55,124 nt of DNA, from contig JAUCBJ010002839.1 in NCBI GenBank assembly GCA_032718475.1, forward strand, positions 1 through 55,124, read 5' to 3'. This document shows, in pieces, positions 25,001 through 40,000 of the stretch (position 1 is the first letter of the stretch; each line of letters opens with the position of its first letter). Origin of the DNA: Nemertoderma westbladi. Taxonomy: Eukaryota > Animalia > Xenacoelomorpha. Both the position numbers and the translations under genes were made by a program. The notes under the pieces were generated by a model, which ran no database searches, was not told where the DNA came from, and saw only the letters and a list, made by a program, of their open reading frames with translations.

Positions 25001-28000
25001 TATATAGCCCGGGTGGTAGGTACCAGGGTCAACAGGACAGTTTGGGGACTTGGAGGAGTCAGTATATAGCCCGGGTGGTAGGTACCAGGGTCAACAGGAC
25101 AGTTTGGGGACTTGGAGGAGTCAGTATATAGCCCGGGTGGTAGGTACCAGGGTCAACAGGGCAGTTTGGGGACTTGGACGAGTCAGTATATAGCCCGGGT
25201 GGTAGGTACCAGGGTCAACAGGACAGTTTGGGGACTTGGAGGAGTCAGTATATAGCCCGGGTGGTAGGTACCAGGGTCAAGAGGGCAGTTTGGGGACTAT
25301 GGAGGAGTCAGTATATAGCCCGGTGGTAGGTACCAGGGTCAACAGGACAGTTTGGGGACTTGGAGGAGTCAGTATATAGCCCGGGAGGTAGGTACCAGGG
25401 TCAACAGGATAGTTTGGGGACTTGGAGGAGTCAGTATATAGCCCGGGAGGTAGGTACCAGGGTCAACAGGATAGTTTGGGGACTTGGAGGAGTCAGTATA
25501 TAGCCCGGGTGGTAGGTACCAGGGTCAACAGGACAGTTTGGGGACTTGGAGGAGTCAGTATATAGCCCGGGTGGTAGGTACCAGGGTCAACAGGACAGTT
25601 TGGGGACTAGGAGAAGTCAGTATATAGCCCGGGAGGTAGGTACCAGGGTCAACAGGGCAGTTTGGGGACTTGGAGGAGTCAGTATATAGCCCGGGTGGTA
25701 GGTACCAGGGTCAACAGGATAGTTTGGGGACTAGGAGAAGTCAGTATATAGCCCGGGAGGTAGGTACCAGGGTCAACAGGGCAGTTTGGGGACTTGGAGG
25801 AGTCAGTATATAGCCCGGGTGGTAGGTACCAGGGTCAACAGGATAGTTTGGGGACTTGGAGGAGTCAGTATATAGCCCGGGTGGTAGGTACCAGGGTCAA
25901 CAGGATAGTTTGGGGACTAGGAGAAGTCAGTATATAGCCCGGGAGGTAGGTACCAGGGTCAACAGGACAGTTTGGGGACTATGAGAAGTCAGTATATAGC
26001 CCGGGTGGTAGGTACCAGGGTCAACAGGACAGTTTGGGGACTTAGGAGGAGTCAGTATATAGCCCGGGTGGTAGGTACCAGGGTCAACAGTCAGTTTGGG
26101 GACTTGGAGGAGTCAGTATATAGCCCGGGTGGTAGGTACCAGGGTCAACAGGACAGTTTGGGGACTTGGAGGAGTCAGTATATAGCCCGGGTGGTAGGTA
26201 CCAGGGTCAACAGGACAGTTTGGGGACTTAGGGGAGTCAGTATATAGCCCGGGTTGTAGGTACCAGGGTCAACAGTCAGTTTGGGGACTATGAGAAGTCA
26301 GTACATAGCCCGGGTGGTAGGTACCAGGGTCAACAGTCAGTTTGGGGACTATGAGAAGTCAGTACATAGCCCGGGTGGTAGGTACCAGGGTCAACAGGGC
26401 AGTTTGGGGACTAGGAGAAGTCAGTATATAGCCCGGGAGGTAGGTACCAGGGTCAACAGGGCAGTTTGGGGACTTGGAGGAGTCAGTATATAGCCCGAGT
26501 GGTAGGTACCAGGGTCAACAGGGCAGTTTGGGGACTTAGGGGAGACAGTATATAGCCCGGGTTGTAGGTACCAGGGTCAACAGTCAGTTTGGGGACTATG
26601 AGAAGTCAGTACATAGCCCGGGTGTTAGGTACCAGGGTCAACAGTCAGTTTGGGGACTATGAGAAGTCAGTACATAGCCCGGGTGGTAGGTACCAGGGTC
26701 AACAGGACAGTTTGGGGACTTAGGAGGAGTCAGTATATAGCCCGGGTGGTAGGTACCAGGGTCAACAGGATCAGTTTGGGGACTATGGAGAAGTCAGTAC
26801 ATAGCCCGGGTGGTAGGTACCAGGGTCAACAGTCAGTTTGGGGACTATGAGGAGTCAGTACATAGCCCGGGTGGTAGGTACCAGGGTCAACAGGGCAGTT
26901 TGGGGACTAGGAGAAGTCAGTATATAGCCCGGGAGGTAGGTACCAGGGTCAACAGGATAGTTTGGGGACTTGGACGAGTCAGTATATAGCCCGGGTGGTA
27001 GGTACCAGGGTCAACAGGACAGTTTGGGGACTTGGAGGAGTCAGTATATAGCCCGGGTGGTAGGTACCAGGGTCAACTGGACAGTTTGGGGACTTTGAGG
27101 AGTCAGTATATAGCCCGGGTGGTAGGTACCAGGGTCAACAGGATAGTTTGGGGACTTGGAGGAGTCAGTATATAGCCCGGGAGGTAGGTACCAGGGTCAA
27201 CAGGATAGTTTGGGGACTATGAGAAGTCAGTATATAGCCCGGGAGGTAGGTACCAGGGTCAACAGGGCAGTTTGGGGACTAGGAGAAGTCAGTATATAGC
27301 CCGGGAGGTAGGTACCAGGGTCAACAGGATAGTTTGGGGACTTGGACGAGTCAGTATATAGCCCGGGTGGTAGGTACCAGGGTCAACAGGACAGTTTGGG
27401 GACTCGGAGGAGTCAGTATATAGCCCGGGTGGTAGGTACCAGGGTCAACAGGATAGTTTGGGGACTTGGAGGAGTCAGTATATAGCCCGGGAGGTAGGTA
27501 CCAGGGTCAACAGGATAGTTTGGGGACTTGGAGGAGTCAGTATATAGCCCGGGTGGTAGGTACCAGGGTCAACAGCATAGTTTGGGGACTAGGAGAAGTC
27601 AGTATATAGCCCGGGAGGTAGGTACCAGGGTCAACAGGATAGTTTGGGGACTTGGACGAGTCAGTATATAGCCCGGGTGGTAGGTACCAGGGTCAACAGG
27701 ACAGTTTGGGGACTTGGAGGAGTCAGTATATAGCCCGGGTGGTAGGTACCAGGGTCAAGGGCAGTTTGGGGACTTGGACGAGTCAGTATATAGCCCGGGT
27801 GGTAGGTACCAGGGTCAACATGACAGTTTGGGGACTTGGAGGAGTCAGTATATAGCCCGGGTGGTAGGTACCAGGGTCAACATGACAGTTTGGGGACTTG
27901 GTGGAGTCAGTATATAGCCCGGGTGGTAGGTACCAGGGTCAACATGACAGTTTGGGGACTTGGACGAGTCAGTATATAGCCCGGGTGGTAGGTACCACCC

Positions 28001-31000
28001 AGTGAAAAGTGCGCAAGCGTATCGCAAGCGTGCAACGCAGGCGTATCTCATGTGATTCCCAAGAGTTATGGCCCGACCTTTACGCAAGCGATCTACTTGA
28101 GTTATGTCACATAAATATCGCAACAACTTGCGTTCAGTCGCATAAAACTCACATGCGATTCACTTGCGACTTTCAAGCGTCATGGCGCATAAATATCGCA
28201 AAAATCTACTGGTTGTGAGTTTTGTGTAATATATTGAGACCTTTGTGACAGAAAATATGATACTGTAGTTGATTATTCCACTACTGTTTGATACTATGGG
28301 CTTCCGTATCATCTGCCTACTGTACTTACAGTACCTTACATTACAGTACATTACACTCTCTACACTCTCTAGAACATTAGACATGCTGTATGAATCAATA
28401 CTAGAAATGGTTGGTTATATAGAGGATAATACAAATAGATTAGAATAACCATGATACACTTTTAACTATTCCCTATAATTTTCAATTCTATAAAATATAT
28501 TAATATAATCTCTGAATTCGACAGCCCTATTAGATAATTCGTATTCATCAATTTTATATTTTAAAACTATTTATTTCTTGATAGGCAACTTTATTTTAAT
28601 TAATAATCTTTAGTGTAATTAAAAACATGCGATTCACATGGGAATTAACGCATGAGATTCTCATGGTGTAAGACATGCGTAAAATAAGCGTTAAATGAGG
28701 TGTGATTCGCATGCGATTTTCATGCACGGAATCACATGCGTAAAATTAAGTTGTGAATCGCATGCGTGGAATCGCTTCCCTATTTTACATGTGAATCACA
28801 TGCGAATCACAAGAGTTTTATCGCTATTTATTGAGCCGCAATAAAAACGCATGACGCTTTAAAATCACTTGCGATACGCATGCGCATTTTTCACTGGGCA
28901 GGGTCAACAGGGCAGTTTGGGGACTTGGACGAGTCAGTATATAGCCCGGGTGGTAGGTACCAGGGTCAACAGGGCAGTTTGGGGACTATGAGAAGTCAGT
29001 ATATAGCCCGGGAGGTAGGTACCAGGGTCAAGAGGGCAGTTTGGGGACTAGGAGGAGTCAGTATATAGCCCGGGTGGTAGGTACCAGGGTCAACATGACA
29101 GTTTGGGGACTTGGAGGAGTCAGTATATAGCCCGGGAGGTAGGTACCAGGGTCAACAGGATAGTTTGGGGACTTGGAGGAGTCAGTATATAGCCCGGGAG
29201 GTAGGTACCAGGATCAACAGGATAGTTTGGGGACTTGGAGGAGTCAGTATATAGCCCGGGTGGTAGGTACCAGGGTCAACAGGATAGTTTGGGGACTTGG
29301 AGGAGTCAGTATATAGCCCGGGAGGTAGGTACCAGGGTCAACAGGGCAGTTTGGGGACTAGGAGAAGTCAGTATATAGCCCGGGAGGTAGGTACCAGGGT
29401 CAACAGGATAGTTTGGGGACTATGAGAAGTCAGTATATAGCCCGGGAGGTAGGTACCAGGGTCAATAGGACAGTTTGGGGACTATGAGAAGTCAGTATAT
29501 AGCCCGGGTGGTAGGTACCAGGGTCAACAGGATAGTTTGGGGACTTGGAGGAGTCAGTATATAGCCCGGGTGGTAGGTACCAGGGTCAACAGGATAGTTT
29601 GGGGTTTGGGGACTTGGACGAGTCAGTATATAGCCCGGGTGGTAGGTACCAGGGTCAACAGGACAGTTTGGGGACTTGGAGGAGTCAGTATATAGCCCGG
29701 GTGGTAGGTACCAGGGTCAACAGGATAGTTTGGGGACTATGAGAAGTCAGTATATAGCCCGGGAGGTAGGTACCAGGGTCAATAGGGCAGTTTGGGGACT
29801 TGGAGGAGTCAGTATATAGCCCGGGTGGTAGGTACCAGGGTCAATAGGGCAGTTTGGGGACTTGGAGGAGTCAGTATATAGCCCGAGTGGTAGGTACCAA
29901 GGTCAACAGGACAGTTTGGGGACTATGAGAAGTCAGTATATAGCCCGGGTGGTAGGTACCAGGGTCAACAGGACAGTTTGGGGACTTAGGGGAGTCAGTA
30001 TATAGCCCGGGTTGTAGGTACCAGGGTCAATAGGGCAGTTTGGGGACTTGGAGGAGTCAGTATATAGCCCGGGTGGTAGGTACCAGGGTCAATAGGGCAG
30101 TTTGGGGACTTGGAGGAGTCAGTATATAGCCCGAGTGGTAGGTACCAAGGTCAACAGGACAGTTTGGGGACTATGAGAAGTCAGTATATAGCCCGGGTGG
30201 TAGGTACCAGGGTCAACAGGACAGTTTGGGGACTTAGGAGGAGTCAGTATATAGCCCGGGTGGTAGGTACCAGGGTCAACAGGTCAGTTTGGGGACTATG
30301 AGAAGTCAGTACATAGCCCGGGTGGTAGGTACCAGGGTCAACAGGGCAGTTTGGGGACTAGGAGGAGTCAGTATATAGCCCGAGTGGTAGGTACCAGGGT
30401 CAACAGGGCAGTTTGGGGACTTAGGGGAGTCAGTATATAGCCCGGGTTGTAGGTACCAGGGTCAACAGTCAGTTTGGGGACTATGAGAAGTCAGTACATA
30501 GCCCGGGTGGTAGGTACCAGGGTCAACAGTCAGTTTGGGGACTATGAGAAGTCAGTACATAGCCCGGGTGGTAGGTACCAGGGTCAACAGGACAGTTTGG
30601 GGACTTAGGGGAGTCAGTATATAGCCCGGGTTGTAGGTACCAGGGTCAACAGTCAGTTTGGGGACTATGAGAAGTCAGTACATAGCCCGGGTGGTAGGTA
30701 CCAGGGTCAACAGGACAGTTTGGGGACTTAGGGGAGTCAGTATATAGCCCGGGTTGTAGGTACCAGGGTCAACAGTCAGTTTGGGGACTATGAGAAGTCA
30801 GTACATAGCCCGGGTGGTAGGTACCAGGGTCAACAGTCAGTTTGGGGACTATGAGAAGTCAGTACATAGCCCGGGTGGTAGGTACCAGGGTCAACAGTCA
30901 GTTTGGGGACTATGAGAAGTCAGTACATAGCCCGGGTGGTAGGTACCAGGGTCAACAGGACAGTTTGGGGACTTGGAGGAGTCAGTATATAGCCCGGGTG

Positions 31001-34000
31001 GTAGGTACCAGGGTCAACAGGACAGTTTGGGGACTTAGGAGGAGTCAGTATATAGCCCGGGTGGTAGGTACCAGGGTCAACAGTCAGTTTGGGGACTATG
31101 AGAAGTCAGTACATAGCCCGGGTGGTAGGTACCAGGGTCAACAGTCAGTTTGGGGACTATGAGAAGTCAGTACATAGCCCGGGTGGTAGGTACCAGGGTC
31201 AACAGGGCAGTTTGGGGACTAGGAGAAGTCAGTATATAGCCCGGGAGGTAGGTACCAGGGTCAACAGGATAGTTTGGGGACTTGGACGAGTCAGTATATA
31301 GCCCGGGTGGTAGGTACCAGGGTCAACAGGACAGTTTGGGGACTTGGAGGAGTCAGTATATAGCCCGGGTGGTAGGTACCAGGGTCAACAGGACAGTTTG
31401 GGGACTTGGAGGAGTCAGTATATAGCCCGGGTGGTAGGTACCAGGGTCAACAGGATAGTTTGGGGACTTGGAGGAGTCAGTATATAGCCCGGGAGGTAGG
31501 TACCAGGGTCAACAGGATAGTTTGGGGACTTGGACGAGTCAGTATATAGCCCGGGTGGTAGGTACCAGGGTCAACAGGACAGTTTGGGGACTCGGAGGAG
31601 TCAGTATATAGCCCGGGTGGTAGGTACCAGGGTCAACAGGATAGTTTGGGGACTTGGAGGAGTCAGTATATAGCCCGGGAGGTAGGTACCAGGGTCAACA
31701 GGATAGTTTGGGGACTTGGAGGAGTCAGTATATAGCCCGGGTGGTAGGTACCAGGGTCAACAGCATAGTTTGGGGACTAGGAGAAGTCAGTATATAGCCC
31801 GGGAGGTAGGTACCAGGGTCAACAGGATAGTTTGGGGACTTGGACGAGTCAGTATATAGCCCGGGTGGTAGGTACCAGGGTCAACAGGACAGTTTGGGGA
31901 CTTGGAGGAGTCAGTATATAGCCCGGGTGGTAGGTACCAGGGTCAAGGGCAGTTTGGGGACTTGGACGAGTCAGTATATAGCCCGGGTGGTAGGTACCAG
32001 GGTCAACATGACAGTTTGGGGACTTGGAGGAGTCAGTATATAGCCCGGGTGGTAGGTACCAGGGTCAACATGACAGTTTGGGGACTTGGTGGAGTCAGTA
32101 TATAGCCCGGGTGGTAGGTACCAGGGTCAACATGACAGTTTGGGGACTTGGACGAGTCAGTATATAGCCCGGGTGGTAGGTACCAGGGTCAACAGGGCAG
32201 TTTGGGGACTTGGACGAGTCAGTATATAGCCCGGGTGGTAGGTACCAGGGTCAACAGGGCAGTTTGGGGACTATGAGAAGTCAGTATATAGCCCGGGAGG
32301 TAGGTACCAGGGTCAAGAGGGCAGTTTGGGGACTAGGAGGAGTCAGTATATAGCCCGGGTGGTAGGTACCAGGGTCAACATGACAGTTTGGGGACTTGGA
32401 GGAGTCAGTATATAGCCCGGGAGGTAGGTACCAGGGTCAACAGGATAGTTTGGGGACTTGGAGGAGTCAGTATATAGCCCGGGAGGTAGGTACCAGGATC
32501 AACAGGATAGTTTGGGGACTTGGAGGAGTCAGTATATAGCCCGGGTGGTAGGTACCAGGGTCAACAGGATAGTTTGGGGACTTGGAGGAGTCAGTATATA
32601 GCCCGGGAGGTAGGTACCAGGGTCAACAGGGCAGTTTGGGGACTAGGAGAAGTCAGTATATAGCCCGGGAGGTAGGTACCAGGGTCAACAGGATAGTTTG
32701 GGGACTATGAGAAGTCAGTATATAGCCCGGGAGGTAGGTACCAGGGTCAATAGGACAGTTTGGGGACTATGAGAAGTCAGTATATAGCCCGGGTGGTAGG
32801 TACCAGGGTCAACAGGATAGTTTGGGGACTTGGAGGAGTCAGTATATAGCCCGGGTGGTAGGTACCAGGGTCAACAGGATAGTTTGGGGTTTGGGGACTT
32901 GGACGAGTCAGTATATAGCCCGGGTGGTAGGTACCAGGGTCAACAGGACAGTTTGGGGACTTGGAGGAGTCAGTATATAGCCCGGGTGGTAGGTACCAGG
33001 GTCAACAGGATAGTTTGGGGACTATGAGAAGTCAGTATATAGCCCGGGAGGTAGGTACCAGGGTCAATAGGGCAGTTTGGGGACTTGGAGGAGTCAGTAT
33101 ATAGCCCGGGTGGTAGGTACCAGGGTCAATAGGGCAGTTTGGGGACTTGGAGGAGTCAGTATATAGCCCGAGTGGTAGGTACCAAGGTCAACAGGACAGT
33201 TTGGGGACTATGAGAAGTCAGTATATAGCCCGGGTGGTAGGTACCAGGGTCAACAGGACAGTTTGGGGACTTAGGGGAGTCAGTATATAGCCCGGGTTGT
33301 AGGTACCAGGGTCAATAGGGCAGTTTGGGGACTTGGAGGAGTCAGTATATAGCCCGGGTGGTAGGTACCAGGGTCAATAGGGCAGTTTGGGGACTTGGAG
33401 GAGTCAGTATATAGCCCGAGTGGTAGGTACCAAGGTCAACAGGACAGTTTGGGGACTATGAGAAGTCAGTACATAGCCCGGGTGGTAGGTACCAGGGTCA
33501 ACAGGGCAGTTTGGGGACTAGGAGGAGTCAGTATATAGCCCGAGTGGTAGGTACCAGGGTCAACAGGGCAGTTTGGGGACTTAGGGGAGTCAGTATATAG
33601 CCCGGGTTGTAGGTACCAGGGTCAACAGTCAGTTTGGGGACTATGAGAAGTCAGTACATAGCCCGGGTGGTAGGTACCAGGGTCAACAGTCAGTTTGGGG
33701 ACTATGAGAAGTCAGTACATAGCCCGGGTGGTAGGTACCAGGGTCAACAGGACAGTTTGGGGACTTAGGGGAGTCAGTATATAGCCCGGGTTGTAGGTAC
33801 CAGGGTCAACAGTCAGTTTGGGGACTATGAGAAGTCAGTACATAGCCCGGGTGGTAGGTACCAGGGTCAACAGGGCAGTTTGGGGACTAGGAGGAGTCAG
33901 TATATAGCCCGAGTGGTAGGTACCAGGGTCAACAGGGCAGTTTGGGGACTTAGGGGAGTCAGTATATAGCCCGGGTTGTAGGTACCAGGGTCAACAGTCA

Positions 34001-37000
34001 GTTTGGGGACTATGAGAAGTCAGTACATAGCCCGGGTGGTAGGTACCAGGGTCAACAGTCAGTTTGGGGACTATGAGAAGTCAGTACATAGCCCGGGTGG
34101 TAGGTACCAGGGTCAACAGGACAGTTTGGGGACTTAGGGGAGTCAGTATATAGCCCGGGTTGTAGGTACCAGGGTCAACAGTCAGTTTGGGGACTATGAG
34201 AAGTCAGTACATAGCTCGGGTGGTAGGTACCAGGGTCAACAGGACAGTTTGGGGACTTAGGGGAGTCAGTATATAGCCCGGGTTGTAGGTACCAGGGTCA
34301 ACAGTCAGTTTGGGGACTATGAGAAGTCAGTACATAGCCCGGGTGGTAGGTACCAGGGTCAACAGTCAGTTTGGGGACTATGAGAAGTCAGTACATAGCC
34401 CGGGTGGTAGGTACCAGGGTCAACAGTCAGTTTGGGGACTATGAGAAGTCAGTACATAGCCCGGGTGGTAGGTACCAGGGTCAACAGGACAGTTTGGGGA
34501 CTTAGGGGAGTCAGTATATAGCCCGGGTTGTAGGTACCAGGGTCAACAGTCAGTTTGGGGACTATGAGAAGTCAGTACATAGCCCGGGTGGTAGGTACCA
34601 GGGTCAACAGTCAGTTTGGGGACTATGAGAAGTCAGTACATAGCCCGGGTGGTTGGTACCAGGGTCAACAGGGCAGTTTGGGGACTAGGAGAAGTCAGTA
34701 TATAACCCGGGAGGTAGGTACCAGGGTCAACAGGATAGTTTGGGGACTTGGACGAGTCAGTATATAGCCCGGGTGGTAGGTACCAGGGTCAACAGGACAG
34801 TTTGGGGACTTGGAGGAGTCAGTATATAGCCCGGGTGGTAGGTACCAGGGTCAACAGGACAGTTTGGGGACTTGGAGGAGTCAGTATATAGCCCGGGTGG
34901 TAGGTACCAGGGTCAACAGGATAGTTTGGGGACTTGGAGGAGTCAGTATATAGCCCGGGAGGTAGGTACCAGGGTCAACAGGATAGTTTGGGGACTTGGA
35001 CGAGTCAGTATATAGCCCGGGTGGTAGGTACCAGGGTCAACAGGAAAGTTTGGGGACTTGGACGAGTCAGTATATAGCCCGGGTGGTAGGTACCAGGGTC
35101 AACAGGACAGTTTGGGGACTTGGAGGAGTCAGTATATATAGCCCGGGTGGTAGGTACCAGGGTCAACAGGATAGTTTGGGGACTTGGAGGAGTCAGTATA
35201 TAGCCCGGGAGGTAGGTACCAGGGTCAACAGGGCAGTTTGGGGACTAGGAGAAGTCAGTATATAGCCCGGGAGGTAGGTACCAGGGTCAACAGGATAGTT
35301 TGGGGACTTGGACGAGTCAGTATATAGCCCGGGTGGTAGGTACCAGGGTCAACAGGACAGTTTGGGGACTTGGAGGAGTCAGTATATAGCCCGGGTGGTA
35401 GGTACCAGGGTCAACAGGATAGTTTGGGGACTTGGAGGAGTCAGTATATAGCCCGGGAGGTAGGTACCAGGGTCAACAGGATAGTTTGGGGACTTGGAGG
35501 AGTCAGTATATAGCCCGGGTGGTAGGTACCAGGGTCAACAGGATAGTTTGGGACTTGGAGGAGTCAGTATATAGCCCGGGAGGTAGGTACCAGGGTCAAC
35601 AGGATAGTTTGGGGACTTGGACGAGTCAGTATATAGCCCGGGTGGTAGGTACCAGGGTCAACAGGACAGTTTGGGGACTTGGAGGAGTCAGTATATAGCC
35701 CGGGTGGTAGGTACCAGGGTCAAGGGCAGTTTGGGGACTTGGATGAGTCAGTATATAGCCCGGGGGGTAGGTACCAGGGTCAAGAGGGCAGTTTGGGGAC
35801 TTGGACGAGTCAGTATATAGCCCGGGTGGTAGGTACCAGGGTCAACAGGATAGTTTGGGGACTTGGAGGAGTCAGTATATAGCCCAGCTGGTAGGTACCA
35901 GGGTCAACAGGATAGTTTGGGGACTTGGAGGAGTCAGTATATAGCCCGGGTGGTAGGTACCAGGGTCAACAGGGCAGTTTGGGGACTATGAGAAGTCAGT
36001 ATATAGCCCGGGAGGTAGGTACCAGGGTCAACAGGACAGTTTGGAGACTTGGAGGAGTCAGTATATAGCCCGGGTGGTAGGTACCAGGGTCAACAGGACA
36101 GTTTGGGGACTTGGAGGAGTCAGTATATAGCCCGGGTGGTAGGTACCAGGGTCAACAGGAGAGTTTGGGGACTTGGAGGAGTCAGTATATAGCCCGGGTG
36201 GTAGGTACCAGGGTCAACAGGATAGTTTGGGGACTTGGAGGAGTCAGTATATAGCCCGGGAGGTAGGTACCAGGGTCAACAGGACAGTTTGGGGACTTGG
36301 AGGAGTCAGTATATAGCCCGGGTGGTAGGTACCAGGGTCAACAGGGCAGTTTGGGGACTATGAGAAGTCAGTATATAGCCCGGGAGGTAGGTCCAGGGTC
36401 AAGAGGGCAGTTTGGGGACTATGAGAAGTCAGTATATAGCCCGGGTGGTAGGTACCAGGGTCAACAGGATAGTTTGGGGACTTGGAGGAGTCAGTATATA
36501 GCCCGGGTGGTAGGTACCAGGGTCAACAGGGCAGTTTGCGGACTATGAGAAGTCAGTATATAGCCCGGGAGGTAGGTCCAGGGTCAACAGGATAGTTTGG
36601 GGACTTGGAGGAGTCAGTATATAGCCCGGGTGGTAGGTACCAGGGTCAAGAGGGCAGTTTGGGGACTATGAGAAGTCAGTATATAGCCCGGGTGGTAGGT
36701 ACCAGGGTCAACAGGATAGTTTGGGGACTTGGAGGAGTCAGTATATAGCCCGGGTGGTAGGTACCAGGGTCAACAGGACAGTTTGGGGACTTGGAGGAGT
36801 CAGTATATAGCCCAGCTGGTAGGTACCAGGGTCAAGAGGGCAGTTTGGGGACTTGGAGGAGTCAGTATATAGCCCGGGAGGTAGGTACCAGGGTCAACAG
36901 GATAGTTTGGGGACTTGGAGGAGTCAGTATATAGCCCGGGTGGTAGGTACCAGGGTCAACAGGGCAGTTTGGGGACTAGGAGAAGTCAGTATTTAGCCCG

Positions 37001-40000
37001 GGAGGTAGGTCCAGGGTCAAGAGGGCAGTTTGGGGACTAGGAGAAGTCAGTATATAGCCCGGGTGGTAGGTACCAGGGTCAACAGGATAGTTTGGGGACT
37101 TGGAGAAGTCAGTATATAGCCCGGGTGGTAGGTACCAGGGTCAACAGGATAGTTTGGGGACTTGGATGAGTCAGTATATAGCCGGGGTGGTAGGTACCAG
37201 GGTCAACAGTCAGTTTGGGGACTAGGAGGAGTCAGTATATAGCCCGGGTGGTAGGTACCAGGGTCAACAGGGCAGTTTGGGGACTATGAGAAGTCAGTAT
37301 ATAGCCCGGGAGGTAGGTCCAGGGTCAAGAGGGCAGTTTGGGGACTAGGAGAAGTCAGTATATAGCCCGGGTGGTAGGTACCAGGGTCAACAGGATAGTT
37401 TGGGGACTTGGAGAAGTCAGTATATAGCCCGGGTGGTAGGTACCAGGGTCAACAGGATAGTTTGGGGACTTGGAGGAGTCAGTATATAGCCCGGGTGGTA
37501 AGGTACCAGGGTCAACAGGACAGTTTGGGGACTAGGAGGAGTCAGTATATAGCCCGGGTGGTAGGTACCAGGGTCAACAGGGCAGTTTGGGGACTATGAG
37601 AAGTCAGTATATAGCCCGAGTGGTAGGTACCAGGGTCAACAGGATAGTTTGGGGACTATGAGAAGTCAGTATATAGCCCGGGAGGTAGGTACCAGGGTCA
37701 ACAGGATAGTTTGGGGACTTGGAGGAGTCAGTATATAGCCCGGGTGGTAGGTACCAGGGTCAACAGGATAGTTTGGGGACTTGGAGGAGTCAGTATATAG
37801 CCCGGGTGGTAGGTACCAGGGTCAACAGGGCAGTTTGGGGACTATGAGAAGTCAGTATATAGCCCGGGAGGTAGGTACCAGGGTCAACAGGATAGTTTGG
37901 GGACTTGGAGGAGTCAGTATATAGCCCGCGTGGTAGGTACCAGGGTCAACAGGACATTTTGGGGACTTGCAGGAGTCAGTATATAGCCCGGGAGGTAGGT
38001 ACCAGGGTCAACAGGATAGTTTGGGGACTTGGAGGAGTCAGTATATAGCCCGGGTGGTAGGTACCAGGGTCAACAGGACAGTTTGGGAACATAGAGGAGT
38101 CAGTATATAGCCCGGGAGGTAGGTACCAGGGTCAAGAGGGCAGTTTGGGGACTTGGAGGAGTCAGTATATAGCCCGGGTGGTAGGTACCAGGGTCAACAG
38201 GACAGTTTGGGGACTTGGAGGAGTCAGTATATAGCCCGGGAGGTAGGTACCAGGGTCAACAGGATAGTTTGGGGACTAGGAGGAGTCAGTATATAGCCCG
38301 GGTGGTAGGTACCAGGGTCAAGAGGGCAGTTTGGGGACTTGGAGGAGTCAGTATATAGCCCGGGTGGTAGGTACCAGGGTCAACAGGACAGTTTGGGGAC
38401 TTGGAGGAGTCAGTATATAGCCCGGGAGGTAGGTACCAGGGTCAACAGGATAGTTTGGGGACTAGGAGAAGTCAGTATATAGCCCGGGTGGTAGGTACCA
38501 GGGTCAACAGGACAGTTTGGGGACTTGGAGGAGTCAGTATATAGCCCGGGAGGTAGGTACCAGGGTCAACAGGATAGTTTGGGGACTATGATGAGTCAGT
38601 ATATAGCCCGGGTGGTAGGTACCAGGGTCAACAGGACAGTTTGGGGACTTGGAGGAGTCAGTATATAGCCCGGGTGGTAGGTACCAGGGTCAACAGGGCA
38701 GTTTGGGGACTATGAGAAGTCAGTATATAGCCCGGGAGGTAGGTCCAGGGTCAAGAGGGCAGTTTGGGGACTATGAGAAGTCAGTATATAGCCCGGGTGG
38801 TAGGTACCAGGGTCAACAGGACAGTTTGGGGACTTGGAGGAGTCAGTATATAGCCCGGGTGGTAGGTACCATAGGGTCAACAGGATAGTTTGGGGACTAG
38901 GAGAAGTCAGTATATAGCCCGGGAGGTAGTTACCAGGGTCAACAGGACAGTTTGGGGACTTGGAGGAGTCAGTATATAGCCCGGGTGGTAGGTACCAGGG
39001 TCAACAGGACAGTTTGGGGACTTGGAGGAGTCAGTATATAGCCCGGGTGGTAGGTACCAGGGTCAACAGGGCAGTTTGGGGACTATGAGAAGTCAGTATA
39101 TAGCCCGGGAGGTAGGTCCAGGGTCAAGAGGGCAGTTTGGGGACTATGAGAAGTCAGTATATAGCCCGGGTGGTAGGTACCAGGGTCAACAGGATAGTTT
39201 GGGGACTTGGAGGAGTCAGTATATAGCCCGGGTGGTAGGTACCAGGGTCAACAGGGCAGTTTGCGGACTATGAGAAGTCAGTATATAGCCCGGGAGGTAG
39301 GTCCAGGGTCAACAGGATAGTTTGGGGACTTGGAGGAGTCAGTATATAGCCCGGGTGGTAGGTACCAGGGTCAAGAGGGCAGTTTGGGGACTATGAGAAG
39401 TCAGTATATAGCCCGGGTGGTAGGTACCAGGGTCAACAGGATAGTTTGGGGACTTGGAGGAGTCAGTATATAGCCCGGGTGGTAGGTACCAGGGTCAACA
39501 GGACAGTTTGGGGACTTGGAGGAGTCAGTATATAGCCCAGCTGGTAGGTACCAGGGTCAAGAGGGCAGTTTGGGGACTTGGAGGAGTCAGTATATAGCCC
39601 GGGAGGTAGGTACCAGGGTCAACAGGATAGTTTGGGGACTTGGAGGAGTCAGTATATAGCCCGGGTGGTAGGTACCAGGGTCAACAGGGCAGTTTGGGGA
39701 CTAGGAGAAGTCAGTATATAGCCCGGGAGGTAGGTCCAGGGTCAAGAGGGCAGTTTGGGGACTAGGAGAAGTCAGTATATAGCCCGGGTGGTAGGTACCA
39801 GGGTCAACAGGATAGTTTGGGGACTTGGAGAAGTCAGTATATAGCCCGGGTGGTAGGTACCAGGGTCAACAGGATAGTTTGGGGACTTGGATGAGTCAGT
39901 ATATAGCCGGGGTGGTAGGTACCAGGGTCAACAGTCAGTTTGGGGACTAGGAGGAGTCAGTATATAGCCCGGGTGGTAGGTACCAGGGTCAACAGGGCAG

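Noticed and set aside
28009-28384. ORFs within the MITE
   Set aside because: No transposase motifs; they derive from subterminal repeats and the AT-rich core.
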